This document shows positions 42,993 through 43,647 of a DNA stretch of 43,647 nucleotides, one piece after another. This DNA comes from a virus. Lineage: Duplodnaviria; Caudoviricetes. The stretch covers positions 1 to 43,647 of IMG/VR virus record IMGVR_UViG_3300027612_000009; one strand, 5' to 3'. The position numbers and the translations under genes were made by a program. Position 1 is the first letter of the stretch. Each line of letters opens with the position of its first letter. The notes beneath the pieces are model-generated. The model was not told the DNA's origin and searched no databases. It worked only from the letters and a program-made list of their open reading frames with translations.

Positions 42993-43646
42993 CTAAGTTG
43001 GCCGCGCAAAGTTTGACGAGCCGCCGTTTTGCCGCGCGATGTTCAGAGATTGACCCGGAATTGCGGCGCGCCGAACCCCGATGTTGTAGAGGGCATCAGA
43101 GACCAGAGCGGCCCCACCCAAGATTGACGTGGGGCCAAAAATAACCGGTCGGCGCAACCCGGGGGAGGAAACGAGCGCGCCAGACGACCTGACACCCAGA
43201 CCCAAAAGCGCATGATCTTGAATGAGGTCCGGTAATTGCACAGCTGCGGCAGACCGGATTGCTACCGAGCCGAAAGCGTGAATCTGCAAGAGGTCTGCAT
43301 GTGGCACCAAGGCGGGGCGCGAGCGGATAGCTGGCGCCGAGAAACCCACTCCCTCGCCAAATGTCGAAGATGCGATCTTTGCCGGTTCGGACAGTACGCG
43401 GCCGCCGGGCAGCGCGTGCCTTTGTGTGACTTGGGCGGTCGAGGCAGCAGCGGGCCCGGCGACGACACTGGATCCGACCAGAGCATATCGCTGCGTGAAT
43501 ACCCCGCTCGACACGCGCGGAAGATCACCGCGCATGGCTGTCGTAGGCAAATTGTGGCGCTGAGAAAACACACTGCCTGAAACGAGGCCCGGCCCGGTGC
43601 GCACGATTGGAGAGCCAAGAGAAACCCCCTTGCCCAAAGCCGGGGA
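42993..43646 (-). CDS. Repetitive virion/fibre-like protein, 3' part (open to right edge)
   Basis: ~23-aa repeats (SQRHNL, TQRYAL, TQRHAL, LQIHAF, IQDHAL); no upstream in-frame stop before the edge. Confidence 0.65.
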   Translation of the reverse strand, partial: SPALGKGVSLGSPIVRTGPGLVSGSVFSQRHNLPTTAMRGDLPRVSSGVFTQRYALVGSSVVAGPAAASTAQVTQRHALPGGRVLSEPAKIASSTFGEGVGFSAPAIRSRPALVPHADLLQIHAFGSVAIRSAAAVQLPDLIQDHALLGLGVRSSGALVSSPGLRRPVIFGPTSILGGAALVSDALYNIGVRRAAIPGQSLNIARQNGGSSNFARPT

Positions 43647-43647
43647 A

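Overview
The window is a ~43.6 kb piece of a temperate, podovirus-type phage genome of ~60% GC (estimated by eye). Its gene content suggests a Bcep22/BPP-1-like architecture and probably an alphaproteobacterial host (inference). Left to right: (1) the 5' part of a giant polyvalent/DarB-like gene on the minus strand (TTG at 4972, at least 1657 codons, open off the left edge, absent from the ORF track) with an inorganic-pyrophosphatase-like domain; (2) a P22 immI-like cassette with a Rha/KilAC antirepressor, two divergent Arc/Mnt-family repressors, operator repeats and a sar-like antisense RNA; (3) a minus-strand virion/packaging operon: internal virion proteins, tail fibre and chaperone, tail tube/adaptors, N4-gp56-family capsid, CsrA-like protein, scaffold, Gp49-family protein, portal, Acb2/Tad1-hairpin-like protein, TerL and TerS; (4) an AT-rich divergent control region with iteron-like repeats; (5) a rightward early operon (DUF2303, RNAP alpha-CTD-like protein, Lar); (6) a cro/cI switch with replication genes; (7) RecE/RecT-like recombination genes, excisionase and tyrosine integrase; (8) a tRNA-Leu(CAA) 3' fragment with arm repeats and phage genes on both sides, i.e. 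an apparently intact attP. The most notable observations are two candidate nucleotide-signal sponge genes flanking the portal, a nested 17-aa basic peptide gene with its own SD and hairpin hidden inside the giant gene, the immI-like circuit paired with a cI lacking a peptidase domain, and an origin-like iteron block separated from a truncated initiator gene. All family calls come from motif recognition by eye; no searches were run.
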